From Thermodesulfobacteriota bacterium (GTDB lineage Bacteria > Desulfobacterota > Desulfobacteria > Desulfobacterales > C00003060): a stretch of DNA of 64,000 nt. The position numbers and the translations under genes were made by a program. The notes beneath the pieces were generated by a model. That model ran no database searches, was not told where the DNA came from, and saw only the letters and a program-made list of their open reading frames with translations. This document shows, piece by piece, positions 31,533 to 40,571 of the stretch. Within the stretch, counting starts at the first letter, position 1, and each line of letters begins with the position of its first letter. Where the stretch lies: the NCBI GenBank assembly GCA_034189385.1, contig JAXHVD010000002.1, positions 29,662 to 93,661 on the forward strand. The letters are read 5' to 3'.

Positions 31533-32498
31533 TTACCGCTTGATAAGGCCGTGCTCAATAAGGTACTTCTCGGCCACCTCCCTTGGTTCCATTCTCTCAA
31601 TATCTACCTTGGCGTTCAACTGCTGCCATACACCCTGGCACTTGCCAACGATCACCGGACTGGCTGGTTTCCCTCCCCCAGGAAAAGTGGCGACCAATCC
31701 ATTGATGATGTCAGCCATCTCCGGATACTTGTCCAGTGCATCCTTGCGGATATAGGGCGTCAAATCGTATGGGGGAAAAAAGGACTTGTCGTCTCTATAT
31801 ATGTGCCAGCCGTATTTGGCGATAGAGGCGTCTGTGCCAAAGACCATAGCTATGTCCGCCTTATGTTCCCTCAAGGCAATGAGTGAAGCCCCGGGTGTTC
31901 CCGCCTTCAGGGTACTTTTTGCTGCCTTAAAGCCATAAAACTTCTCGAGGGCTGACAGGCCGTCTGGGCGGATGGAGAATTCAAAGTTGACAAAGGTCTC
32001 TATCTTGCCGTCCTTCTTTTCATACAGCCCTGCCAAATCGCTCAGGGTGGCTACTTGGTGTTTCGTGGCAAATCCAGGCCACGATGCCATGGCATAGGTG
32101 TTGTTGTTCCATGTGGGATGAAGCCATATGAACTGATTGCCCTTTTCTTTCTCCTTTACAAGGTAGTAGAGCTGGTTGTTGTCAGTTCCAGGCTCGTACT
32201 GGTGCTTGAGGTGAACCATCCAGGCTGTCCCAGTATAGTCAGCACAGAGATCAATGTCGCCCGATTCCATGCCCCCTCTAAGGGCCATGGAAGTGAGGTC
32301 AGACCTCAGATCCACCTTGAAGCCACGGTCTTCCAATAGTTGCTTCATCAGTTCACCAATAATATACTGCTCGGTGAAGTTCTTGTTCCCCACGGTTACT
32401 CTTTTATCCGTTGCCCCGGCCGGCACGGGACCCGGTATCAGTGCAATCGTTATGGCCCAGAGAAGGGTACAAAAAATGCGTTTAAGCTTTACTCCCAT
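31533..32498 (-). CDS. Osmoprotectant ABC transporter substrate-binding protein (OpuCC/OsmF-like)
   Basis: Signal peptide; VGNKNFTEQ, DYTGT, NNTY, EFSIRPDG, VFGTD, FFPPY. Confidence 0.92.
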   Translation of the reverse strand: MGVKLKRIFCTLLWAITIALIPGPVPAGATDKRVTVGNKNFTEQYIIGELMKQLLEDRGFKVDLRSDLTSMALRGGMESGDIDLCADYTGTAWMVHLKHQYEPGTDNNQLYYLVKEKEKGNQFIWLHPTWNNNTYAMASWPGFATKHQVATLSDLAGLYEKKDGKIETFVNFEFSIRPDGLSALEKFYGFKAAKSTLKAGTPGASLIALREHKADIAMVFGTDASIAKYGWHIYRDDKSFFPPYDLTPYIRKDALDKYPEMADIINGLVATFPGGGKPASPVIVGKCQGVWQQLNAKVDIERMEPREVAEKYLIEHGLIKR

Positions 32499-32510
32499 GT
32501 CTCACTATCC

Positions 32511-33239
32511 TTAAAAACTTTCGGGTTCAATCCTTAGGCCCCTTGGAGTCATCCTCCGTTCCGCCAGCTCCAGAACTAGGCCCAGTGCGATGGCCATGGC
32601 TGCAGTGGGGGCTGCTCCCTGGAGGATGATTAAAGGCTCTCGAGCGAACACCCCTGTCAATGTAATCTTTCCCAAGCCTTCCCCGCCCACAAGAACGGCC
32701 AGCTCCGCTGTGCCAACGGTGATGACGGTGGAGACTCTAATCCCTGCCATGATGACCGGTCTTGCCAGAGGGAGCTCTATTCTTCGGGCGATTTGTATCC
32801 CTGTGAGCCCCATCCCCTGGGCAGCTTCTATGACTGCAGGATCAATAGATTTGATACTTGTGTAAGCATTGCGCAAGATAGGGAGCAGTCCATAGATGAC
32901 CAACGCCACAATGGCTGACTGCAGGCCAAAACCGAGAAGTGGGGCCATGACCGCAATGACAGCCAGGCTGGGGATGGTCTGCCCGATGTTTGCCCCGCCA
33001 ATCACAGGAAGGACAAGTGGTGAAAAAACCGGTCGAGCCACCAGGACTCCAAGGGGAACACTTATAGCAGTGGCTATGACGACGGCGATGAATACCATCT
33101 TGAAGTGAGCCCATGCGCTGTGGAGCAGATCACTGTAGGTAAAGGTGCTATAGATTCCCACCTTGCCCAAGCTCGTCACCCAGAGGGTAGCTCCCAAGAG
33201 AAGCGTCAAGAGGGCAAATAGAATCACCTGATGTCTCAT
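32511..33239 (-). CDS. Osmoprotectant ABC permease
   Basis: QTIPSLA, LPILRN, EAA loop (IEAAQGMG), ELPLARPVIMAGIR. Confidence 0.93.
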   Translation of the reverse strand: MRHQVILFALLTLLLGATLWVTSLGKVGIYSTFTYSDLLHSAWAHFKMVFIAVVIATAISVPLGVLVARPVFSPLVLPVIGGANIGQTIPSLAVIAVMAPLLGFGLQSAIVALVIYGLLPILRNAYTSIKSIDPAVIEAAQGMGLTGIQIARRIELPLARPVIMAGIRVSTVITVGTAELAVLVGGEGLGKITLTGVFAREPLIILQGAAPTAAMAIALGLVLELAERRMTPRGLRIEPESF

Positions 33240-34351
33240 TGAGAGGCTCCCCCTTGAACAGCCTCTCTCATGGTCTCCTGGATGGTTTCAAAGGTCACGA
33301 CACCTTCTAGTCTGTTGTGCTGATCTACGACAGCCAGGACATCTGAGCCGCTGGTCAACATAAGAGAAAGGGCCTCACTGAGCACAGCGTTTTTGCCGGC
33401 AGCAACAGACGAGATCTTGGTGATCTCTTTCACCCTGCCTGCTCCTTGTGCATCTGAAGCAGAAGCCCATCCCCTGAACTTGCCGTCAGGCTCAATGACC
33501 GCCAGCCGATCGATGCCATATTGCTTCATCCGTTTTCGGGCAGCTTCAGTCTTCTCGTCAGGATGTGCCGTGGGCGGGGACTTCCACATGACCTCCCTTG
33601 TGCGGATGAGCTGCAGACCTTTGAGCCCCCGATCAGCACCAACAAAACCTGCCACAAAGGAATCTTTGGGCCTGAAAAGCAAGTCTGCAGGCGGCGCGTA
33701 TTGCACGAGCTGGCCTTCCTTCATCAGGGCTATCTTGTCTCCCATCTTGATAGCCTCATAAATGTCGTGGGTAACTAGGATGATGGTCTTCTTTATCTCC
33801 TGCTGTATCTTCAAGAACTCGTTCTGCAATTCCAGTCGAGTGATGGGGTCTATGGCACCAAAAGGCTCATCCATGAGGAGCACAGGAGGATCCCCCCCCA
33901 ATGCCCGGGCCACGCCCACCCGCTGGCGCTCGCCACCAGAGAGTTCGCGGGGGTATTTTTCTATGTATTCATGAGGCCTCATCCTCAGGAGTTCCAAGAG
34001 TTCCTCTGCCCGCTTTCTTTGTTCGGCCTTTGTCCAGCCCTTCAGAGCAGGAACGGTTTCAATGTTTTCTCCAACCGTCATGTGAGGGAAAAGTCCCACA
34101 TCCTGAATGGCGTAGCCTATATTCCTGCGAAGCTCAGTTTCATCCATCGTCGAATTGTCTGAGCCATCAATATAGATGCTGCCGTCGGTCATGGCGATCA
34201 GTCGATTAATCATCTTCATGGTGGTGGTCTTCCCACATCCAGACGGGCCTAGCAGAACGCAGAGTTCCCCTTTCAGGACTTCAAAGCTTACCCTCCTGAC
34301 GGCCACGGTGCCATCAGGGTAGACCTTGGTGACGTTTTCCAGCCTGATCAT
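33236..34351 (-). CDS. Osmoprotectant ABC ATPase with CBS domains (OpuCA-like)
   Basis: GPSGCGKT, LSGGERQR, LMDEPFGAID, C-terminal CBS pair; ATGA-coupled start at 34351. Confidence 0.95.
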   Translation of the reverse strand: MIRLENVTKVYPDGTVAVRRVSFEVLKGELCVLLGPSGCGKTTTMKMINRLIAMTDGSIYIDGSDNSTMDETELRRNIGYAIQDVGLFPHMTVGENIETVPALKGWTKAEQRKRAEELLELLRMRPHEYIEKYPRELSGGERQRVGVARALGGDPPVLLMDEPFGAIDPITRLELQNEFLKIQQEIKKTIILVTHDIYEAIKMGDKIALMKEGQLVQYAPPADLLFRPKDSFVAGFVGADRGLKGLQLIRTREVMWKSPPTAHPDEKTEAARKRMKQYGIDRLAVIEPDGKFRGWASASDAQGAGRVKEITKISSVAAGKNAVLSEALSLMLTSGSDVLAVVDQHNRLEGVVTFETIQETMREAVQGGASQ

Positions 34352-35019
34352 TTTGATTCTACCCCTAGCCCTCGAGGTGTCATCCATCTCGCCAGCAGGG
34401 AAAGCAGACCGTCAACCATGAGGGCGAGCACAGAAACCAATACCCCGCCAATGATGATCAGGTCCATACGAGCGTTTCTCAATCCCCGGAAGATAGGCAC
34501 GCCAAGGCCCCCTGCCCCGATCAAAGCGGCAATGGCTGCAATGCCGACAATGAGGACGGTGGCATTCCTTAATCCTGCCATGATAACGGGAAGGGCAAGG
34601 GGAAATTTGACCTTAAAAAGCAACTGCCTTTCGGTCATGCCCATCCCCCTTCCAGCTTCGATCACTGCAGGGTCCACCTGCCGGATGGCCGTATAGGTGT
34701 TGCGCAAGATTGGAAGCTGGCCATAGACAATCAGCGTGATGACAGCGGGCACAAAGCCAATGGCACTTAATCCCATGTAGCCAAGGAGCAGCATGAGGAG
34801 CCCAAAAAGGGCCAGGCTTGGAACCGTCATCATGATCTCTGCCAGGTAGAGAACCCCATCTGCCAGGCGTTCCCGCCCTTTTCCTGCGATGAAGACTCCC
34901 AGGGTACAGCCCAACATAGCCGCTATGACCATGGCAACAAGGCTCAAAGTCACATGATCGACGCCCCACCTTGCCACCATGTCAGGATGGCTGAGCACGA
35001 ATTCATAGACTTCTGTCAT
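34348..35019 (-). CDS. Osmoprotectant ABC permease
   Basis: TVPSLALFG, LPILRNT, IEAGRGMG, IGAGGLG. Confidence 0.93.
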   Translation of the reverse strand: MTEVYEFVLSHPDMVARWGVDHVTLSLVAMVIAAMLGCTLGVFIAGKGRERLADGVLYLAEIMMTVPSLALFGLLMLLLGYMGLSAIGFVPAVITLIVYGQLPILRNTYTAIRQVDPAVIEAGRGMGMTERQLLFKVKFPLALPVIMAGLRNATVLIVGIAAIAALIGAGGLGVPIFRGLRNARMDLIIIGGVLVSVLALMVDGLLSLLARWMTPRGLGVESK

Positions 35020-35096
35020 AAGCTGTCACCGTCTATAAGAAGAGCATCCAATAAACGAGCCGCCAGCAGCGCCCCCGGGGGCAGGCAAGAATAGTA

Positions 35097-35147
35097 TTGT
35101 CCCACATCCTTGTTCGTGGTAGACTCGCAGAAATATTTCAATTGAAA
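35097..35147 (+). promoter_or_regulatory. marR promoter and candidate MarR operator
   Basis: TTGTCC-N17-TAGACT (TGn-extended) at 35097-35125, followed by GAAATATTTC and the perfect palindrome TTTCAATTGAAA (35136-35147). Confidence 0.55.
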
Positions 35148-35172
35148 CCTTTTTTACAGACGATACAGGACT

Positions 35173-35664
35173 ATGTCAAATAATCTACAAGCATCTACGC
35201 AATGGGTCCCCGTTGAGGCCCCGCCAGATCCCGTAAAACAGATCATCTACCAGATCCGTCGGCTCATTCAGGCAAGAGAGCTTTACACCAAGGAGCTGAA
35301 CAAAAAATATTCGGTAACGGCAGCCCAACTCAATTGCCTTCTCGCCCTCCATGAAAGCGGGCCTTTACCCTTGTCCCATATCGCCAAGCTCATTATGGTG
35401 AAGTCCAGCACCGTCACAGGGATCATTGACCGTTTGGAACAAAAAGGGCTTGTGGAGCGAGTCAGAACCTCTCGAGATCGCCGAGTGATCACCATTCAGT
35501 TGACAGAAGCTGGAACCAGGCTAGCCAATAATGCCCCTCCCCCTATCCAACAGAAGATCATGGATGGCCTCAAAAAACTTCCCAAAGAGGATATAGAGCG
35601 CATTGTGACAGGTCTCAATATGCTCACGACCATGTTGGACGTCCAGGACCTGGAAGTGCGATAG
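35173..35664 (+). CDS. MarR family transcriptional regulator (EctR/CosR-like)
   Basis: IRRLIQARELYTKEL..VTAAQL, STVTGIIDRLEQKGLV, DRR..LTEAG; divergent from the osmoprotectant transporter. Confidence 0.92.
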   Translation: MSNNLQASTQWVPVEAPPDPVKQIIYQIRRLIQARELYTKELNKKYSVTAAQLNCLLALHESGPLPLSHIAKLIMVKSSTVTGIIDRLEQKGLVERVRTSRDRRVITIQLTEAGTRLANNAPPPIQQKIMDGLKKLPKEDIERIVTGLNMLTTMLDVQDLEVR

Positions 35665-35958
35665 ACCGCTTTGGAGGGCCATTTATATCCACATACACTT
35701 GAGGCAGATCCTTAAAATGCCATGCCCTGTGGGCAGAAAGACATTCACTCGCCGTGAGTCGGGTCTGCTACCCGTGTCTAAAGCAAGCTCATGGAAGCGT
35801 CTGAATTGTTTACAGGAGTGAGCAAAATCGGGTTTTTCAAAAGCTAAATGCTTACAAAGGGAAGAACCGTGGTAGCTGCTTTTCAGGCGCTCTTCTGCTG
35901 ATAACACAATGATTTTATTGGGACTTGAAAGGAGAGCCTGAAAACTCTAATAAAAACC

Positions 35959-36004
35959 TTGACATGTCACACAGCCTCGAGTATGATTTCAGTTCAAATA
36001 TTTC
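35959..36004 (+). promoter_or_regulatory. Near-consensus sigma70 promoter of the mttB-like operon with overlapping candidate operator
   Basis: TTGACA-N17-TATGAT (35959-35987); TTTCAGTTCAAA (35987-35998) and AAATATTTC overlap -10/+1. Confidence 0.7.
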
Positions 36005-36149
36005 GACATCATATCATGTCAGCAAAACCATTCTGAAGCGTTACTTCCCCTTCAATCCCCTTTGAATGACTGCACAATAGACCTGCCGCCCACATCGTGT
36101 GTGGGGCACCCGTCTATTGGGAGTGACACTGTTTTGCGAGGAGAGTTTT

Positions 36150-37364
36150 GTGAACCAAAAAGAGGTGGAAAAATCGAGGTCGTTGTTGGGTAAGGATGCC
36201 GTGGAAATGCTCATGCAAGTCCACCAGGATGCCCTGTGGATACTGGAGAACCTTGGTGTGGGCTGCCAAGAGCCGGAAATCCAAAAGGTATTTCGGCAGT
36301 TTGAGGCGGACGGGTTGGCTGTGGTCTACGAAGACCGCGTGTTCGTGACCTCCAGCCTGGTGGAGGAGTGCCTCCAACGGGCGCCAGGGGTGAGTGACTT
36401 TTTTGTGCCCAGGAACAGCTTCTTCATCGGCGGTACAGCGCCCTATGTCTATGACGATGATGCCGGAAAGGGCGGGCTGGCCCCCACACCCCAGCATTTG
36501 ATCCGAATTGCCCAGATAGCCGAGGAGCATAGAATGGTGGCCGGTATGGGCAGGGGGATAAAGCTGAAGGACGAAGTGGAGCAGATGAACATCATGGCCG
36601 CGCATTGTACGAAGCCCCTCTATTTTGCGGTGACCTCCGATGGCGCCTTGGCCAGGGCCAAAGAGATCCACGAACAGAGAGGGAACATTATGATCGTGTT
36701 TTGCCTTACCCGGCCCCCTTTGGAGGTCAACGAAAACTTCTCCGGCCACTTCGTCAAGGTGGTCAGGGCCGGGTTGCCGGTATTTATCTCAGCCATGCCC
36801 ATGGGCGGCATCAGCGCCCCCTATTGCTACAACGGCGTTCTGGCTATGACCCATGCCGAGGTCCTCTTCGGCATCTGTGCAGCCCAGCTGCTCCATCCAG
36901 GGGTGACGTGCGTTCATGCAGGCTTTCCCACCATTGCCGATCCTCGGATTGAATACAATCCAAATTATGGCCTTGTGAGTCACAATTTCTTGAATATCCT
37001 CATGACCCACCTGAACCTTATGTTGGATCTGCCCTCCTTCCAGAGTGGCGGTACCACCCATGAAGAACACCCCACGGAGCAAGCCTTTGCAGATGCCAGG
37101 ATGGGCCAAGCCCTATGTCTGAAATACGGATTTCACATGATCCGCCATCCCTTTGCCTTTCTCCGCTACCTCATCGACTTCTCCATAGCCAAACTCGAAA
37201 AGGCGGCCAGAATCGCCGAGGAAGTCACTCCTGAAGAGGCCCCAGAGGTGGAAACGCCCACGTACGACGAGAGGGGCATGGAGTCCATCAAGCGTATCGG
37301 TTTGGGTATGTACATGGAAGATTCCCTTACCACGGCGAACCTTGGAAGGATCTTCGTTAGTTAG
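36150..37364 (+). CDS. Trimethylamine methyltransferase (MttB) superfamily protein, non-pyrrolysine, short form (copy 1)
   Basis: HQDALWILENLGV, LVEECLQRAP, GGTAPYVYD, AMPMGGISAP, THAEVLFG; GTG start after GAGGAG; 404 aa; no internal TAG. Confidence 0.8.
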   Translation: MNQKEVEKSRSLLGKDAVEMLMQVHQDALWILENLGVGCQEPEIQKVFRQFEADGLAVVYEDRVFVTSSLVEECLQRAPGVSDFFVPRNSFFIGGTAPYVYDDDAGKGGLAPTPQHLIRIAQIAEEHRMVAGMGRGIKLKDEVEQMNIMAAHCTKPLYFAVTSDGALARAKEIHEQRGNIMIVFCLTRPPLEVNENFSGHFVKVVRAGLPVFISAMPMGGISAPYCYNGVLAMTHAEVLFGICAAQLLHPGVTCVHAGFPTIADPRIEYNPNYGLVSHNFLNILMTHLNLMLDLPSFQSGGTTHEEHPTEQAFADARMGQALCLKYGFHMIRHPFAFLRYLIDFSIAKLEKAARIAEEVTPEEAPEVETPTYDERGMESIKRIGLGMYMEDSLTTANLGRIFVS

Positions 37365-37390
37365 AAACTATTGCAAGGAAGGATTGAATA

Positions 37391-39010
37391 ATGTGTGGGT
37401 TAGCAGGATGTGTTGGGACAAATGACCTTGGAACCGTTAATCGTATGCTGGATGCCCTTCCCCACCGTGGTCCCAATGACAGGGGCCTCCATACGCATGG
37501 AGATACGGTTCTGGGGCACACGCGACTATCCATCGTAGACGTGGCCCAGGGTCGTCAGCCCATTTTGGTAAAAGGGGGAAGCGCAGGCGTTATCTGCAAC
37601 GGCGAGGTTTACAATTTTCGAAACCTTAGAGGCAAGCTTTCGCCTAAGCACCGGTTTGTGACCAAATCGGATACTGAGGTGATCCTCCATCTCTATGAGG
37701 AGAAGGGGCCGGAATGCGTCAGAGAGCTGGACGGCATGTTCGCCTTTGCGGTTTTCAACGGTGATGATTTTATGCTGGCACGGGACCCCATTGGTATCAA
37801 GCCCCTCTATTACGGTTATTATAATGATAACCTCTATTTCAGCTCAGAACTGGGCGCCATGACCCTGGCCGGTGTTGACGAGGTGCATGAGTTTCCTGCG
37901 GCCCACTACTACACCCTTCAGGAGGGTTTTGTCGAGTATTACCAGATCCCAGAGATTCAGGACCATCTCCTCACCGATATTGAAGAGACCAGCTGCTTGA
38001 TTAGAGAGACCTTCATCAGGGCGGTAAAAAAGAGATTGTTGGCCGACCCGGAAGTCCCTGTGGGTTCTTTTTGCAGTGGTGGGCTGGACAGTAGTCTGGT
38101 TGCAGCCATTGCGGCTGAAGAGATCCCTCATCTTCACACCTTTGTGGTTGGGATGAAGGACGATCATGGGGATGTGAGCGACGATATAAAGGCGGCGCGC
38201 ATTGCTGCCGGCCACATAGGCTCCACCCATCACGAATTGATCTTCACGGAGGATGAATACTATGAGGCCCTTCCAAAAGTGATAAGAAAACTTGAGAGTT
38301 ATGACCCTTCCTTGGTTCGCTGTGCCATCCCCTGCTACTTTACCTGCAAGCTTGCAGCCGATTATGTCACTGTAGTTCTCACCGGTGAAGGCGCAGACGA
38401 GCTCTTCACAGGCTATCACTACATGAAGCATTTTCCCTTTGATAAGCTGAACATGGAGGCCAGGCGCTGCATTGGCAACCTTCACAATATCAACCTGCAA
38501 CGGGCCGATCGTATGGGCATGCTCTTCAGCCTCGAACTCAGGGTCCCTTATCTGGATGTGAACATGATCGATCTTTCTATGAAGATCCCGCCTGAGCTCA
38601 AGATTCGAGAGCACAAGGGCGCCAAGATCGAAAAGTGGATCTTACGCAAAGCCTTTGAAGGCACCGGTTATCTCCCAGACGACATCCTATGGCGATATAA
38701 GGTTCAGTATACCCAAGGAGCCGGCTGCGAGAGCCTAGGGGAGACGCTGGCAGAAAAAGAGATGAGCGAAGACGAGTTTCAGAAGATCAAGGCTGAAAAT
38801 CCCAAGGCCACCATTAACAACAGGGAGGCTGCCTTTTACTATAAGATTTTTCGTGAGTCTCACCCGCAGGATTCTATTCTTGGCTCCATCGGGATCTGGA
38901 CGGGCTTTGACTTCGCAGAGGAAAGAGAACGGGTGCGGGGAACGGTGGACGGAGACCTAAAATACGAACATGGAGAAAAGGAGTCCAAAAACAGGACCAT
39001 GGCTGTGTAA
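37391..39010 (+). CDS. Asparagine synthetase B-like amidotransferase (intact class II GATase)
   Basis: MCG N-terminus, HRGP, GHTRLSIVD, NGEVYN, RDPIGIKPLY, SGGLDSS, TGEGADELF, EKWILR. Confidence 0.92.
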   Translation: MCGLAGCVGTNDLGTVNRMLDALPHRGPNDRGLHTHGDTVLGHTRLSIVDVAQGRQPILVKGGSAGVICNGEVYNFRNLRGKLSPKHRFVTKSDTEVILHLYEEKGPECVRELDGMFAFAVFNGDDFMLARDPIGIKPLYYGYYNDNLYFSSELGAMTLAGVDEVHEFPAAHYYTLQEGFVEYYQIPEIQDHLLTDIEETSCLIRETFIRAVKKRLLADPEVPVGSFCSGGLDSSLVAAIAAEEIPHLHTFVVGMKDDHGDVSDDIKAARIAAGHIGSTHHELIFTEDEYYEALPKVIRKLESYDPSLVRCAIPCYFTCKLAADYVTVVLTGEGADELFTGYHYMKHFPFDKLNMEARRCIGNLHNINLQRADRMGMLFSLELRVPYLDVNMIDLSMKIPPELKIREHKGAKIEKWILRKAFEGTGYLPDDILWRYKVQYTQGAGCESLGETLAEKEMSEDEFQKIKAENPKATINNREAAFYYKIFRESHPQDSILGSIGIWTGFDFAEERERVRGTVDGDLKYEHGEKESKNRTMAV

Positions 39011-39074
39011 AGGTCACTTCTTACTGTGGCTGTGGTCTTTCGGCGAAATACAGTAGCTGCTGGGAGGACGGAAA

Positions 39075-40556
39075 ATGGCAAGCATAGCAGGGATTATATC
39101 GCAGCACGGTAGAATCAACGCCAATTGCACCAAGCAAGTTGGAAAGATGTTGAAACTCATGCGTCACAGAGGTCCAGATAATTCTATCATCCGAACCTTG
39201 ACAGACGACAGAGGGGCATTGGGTGCCAATGAAATCAACCTGACGCCGCAGATGACCCATTGCACATCCCTGGACGAATCTCCATACATACTCTTTGATG
39301 GGGAACTCCACAATGACAGGCCCAACGGCCAGAGCGACATAGACCTCTTCAAGGAATACTACGAAAAGTATGAGAGAAACTGTTTTTCCCGTTTAGATGG
39401 AAGCTTCTCCTGTGTCATTGTGGAAAAAGACGAAGAGGTTATCCTTGCCCGGGATCACGTAGGGGCGCGGCCCCTCTTCTTTGGCTCTGACAACAGCGTG
39501 TTTTATTTCAGTTCGGAGATGAAGGGTCTGATAGACCATGTTCAATTCAATATCCAAGAGCTTGCTCCAGGATGCCTCTTGAGTAGCAAGAAGGGGATGA
39601 CAGATTTTGCGCCGTTTGCTGCTGAGGTGCCGGAAATCGGTGACTTGAAGGAGACGGCCGCCGTGCTAAAAGACCTCCTCGTAGAAGCGGTGAGGCAGAG
39701 AATGGATGGGACGGATGCCGTCTCTTTGAGCGGAGGACTGGATAGTTCCATCGTGGCCGCCATTGCCAAGGAGTTCAACCCCAATCTCAAATTGTTTACC
39801 GCTGCGGTGGAGCGAAAGCCAGGCCCAGACCTGGAAAACGCCAAACACATGGCGGAATACCTGGGGTTGGAACATTACATCTACATGATCTCCGATCAAG
39901 ACATCGTTGATTTTATCTCCGATGCCGTCTGGTATTTAGAGAGTTTCGATGAGGACTGTATATCAGGCATTATTTCCAACTACTATATGTCCAAAATGGT
40001 CAAGCAATACTGTAATATGGTCCTCGTTGGGGAGGGGGCGGATGAGTTGTTTGGCGGCTATCGCATGGTCCTGAAGAACCCCAAGGTAAAGAGTGAGGAG
40101 CAAAGAGAACGGCTTGCTCAGAAGCTTGTGGATATTGCCTATAATACGGCCCTGAGAAGGCTTGATAGGGCCTGGATTGCCAATGGCGTCGTCTATCGGA
40201 CGCCCTTCCTGGATACCAAGATCGTTGCCTTCAGCCAGAAGATACCTATGGCGTGGAAGATATACGGTGAGAAGCAGACAGAAAAATTCATCCTAAGAGA
40301 GGCCTTCAGGGATATCCTTCCAGAGAGAATCGCCAATCGTGAAAAGCTCAGGTTTGCCATGGGTACGGGTATGGACGATGTGATGGACGAGGTCGTGGCC
40401 GATAAGATCAACCCCGAAGAGATAAAGCAAAGGCCTAAGGCAGCCTATGGCCTGCCTTTTGCTTCCTTTAAGGAGCTTTATTATTACGACGAATTCCTGC
40501 AGCTCTTCCCACCATCTTACGAGAAACAGACCATCCGCTGGGATCCGTTTAAATAG
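39075..40556 (+). CDS. Asparagine synthetase-like ATP-dependent amide ligase with inactive glutaminase domain
   Basis: MASIAG (no Cys1), DGELHN in place of NGEIYN; intact LSGGLDSS, GEGADELFGGY, PFLD, EKFILR; GGGAGG RBS. Confidence 0.88.
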   Translation: MASIAGIISQHGRINANCTKQVGKMLKLMRHRGPDNSIIRTLTDDRGALGANEINLTPQMTHCTSLDESPYILFDGELHNDRPNGQSDIDLFKEYYEKYERNCFSRLDGSFSCVIVEKDEEVILARDHVGARPLFFGSDNSVFYFSSEMKGLIDHVQFNIQELAPGCLLSSKKGMTDFAPFAAEVPEIGDLKETAAVLKDLLVEAVRQRMDGTDAVSLSGGLDSSIVAAIAKEFNPNLKLFTAAVERKPGPDLENAKHMAEYLGLEHYIYMISDQDIVDFISDAVWYLESFDEDCISGIISNYYMSKMVKQYCNMVLVGEGADELFGGYRMVLKNPKVKSEEQRERLAQKLVDIAYNTALRRLDRAWIANGVVYRTPFLDTKIVAFSQKIPMAWKIYGEKQTEKFILREAFRDILPERIANREKLRFAMGTGMDDVMDEVVADKINPEEIKQRPKAAYGLPFASFKELYYYDEFLQLFPPSYEKQTIRWDPFK

Positions 40557-40571
40557 AAGGAGAGTCTACGT

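Noticed and set aside
37362-37391. Pyrrolysine read-through of the TAG ending mttB-like copy 1 (and copy 2 at 44160)
   Set aside because: Read-through adds only 8-9 residues before another stop, next to the next gene's start. The TAGs are at the C-terminus rather than the internal Pyl position, and no pyl genes are in the window.
37391-39010. NAGGN biosynthesis (asnO-ngg)
   Set aside because: There is no GNAT-ATP-grasp ngg gene or associated M42 peptidase in the locus.
39075-40556. Lasso peptide cyclase / RiPP cluster
   Set aside because: No B1/B2 (RRE, transglutaminase-like peptidase) genes or plausible precursor are present, and the context is amine/osmolyte metabolism.
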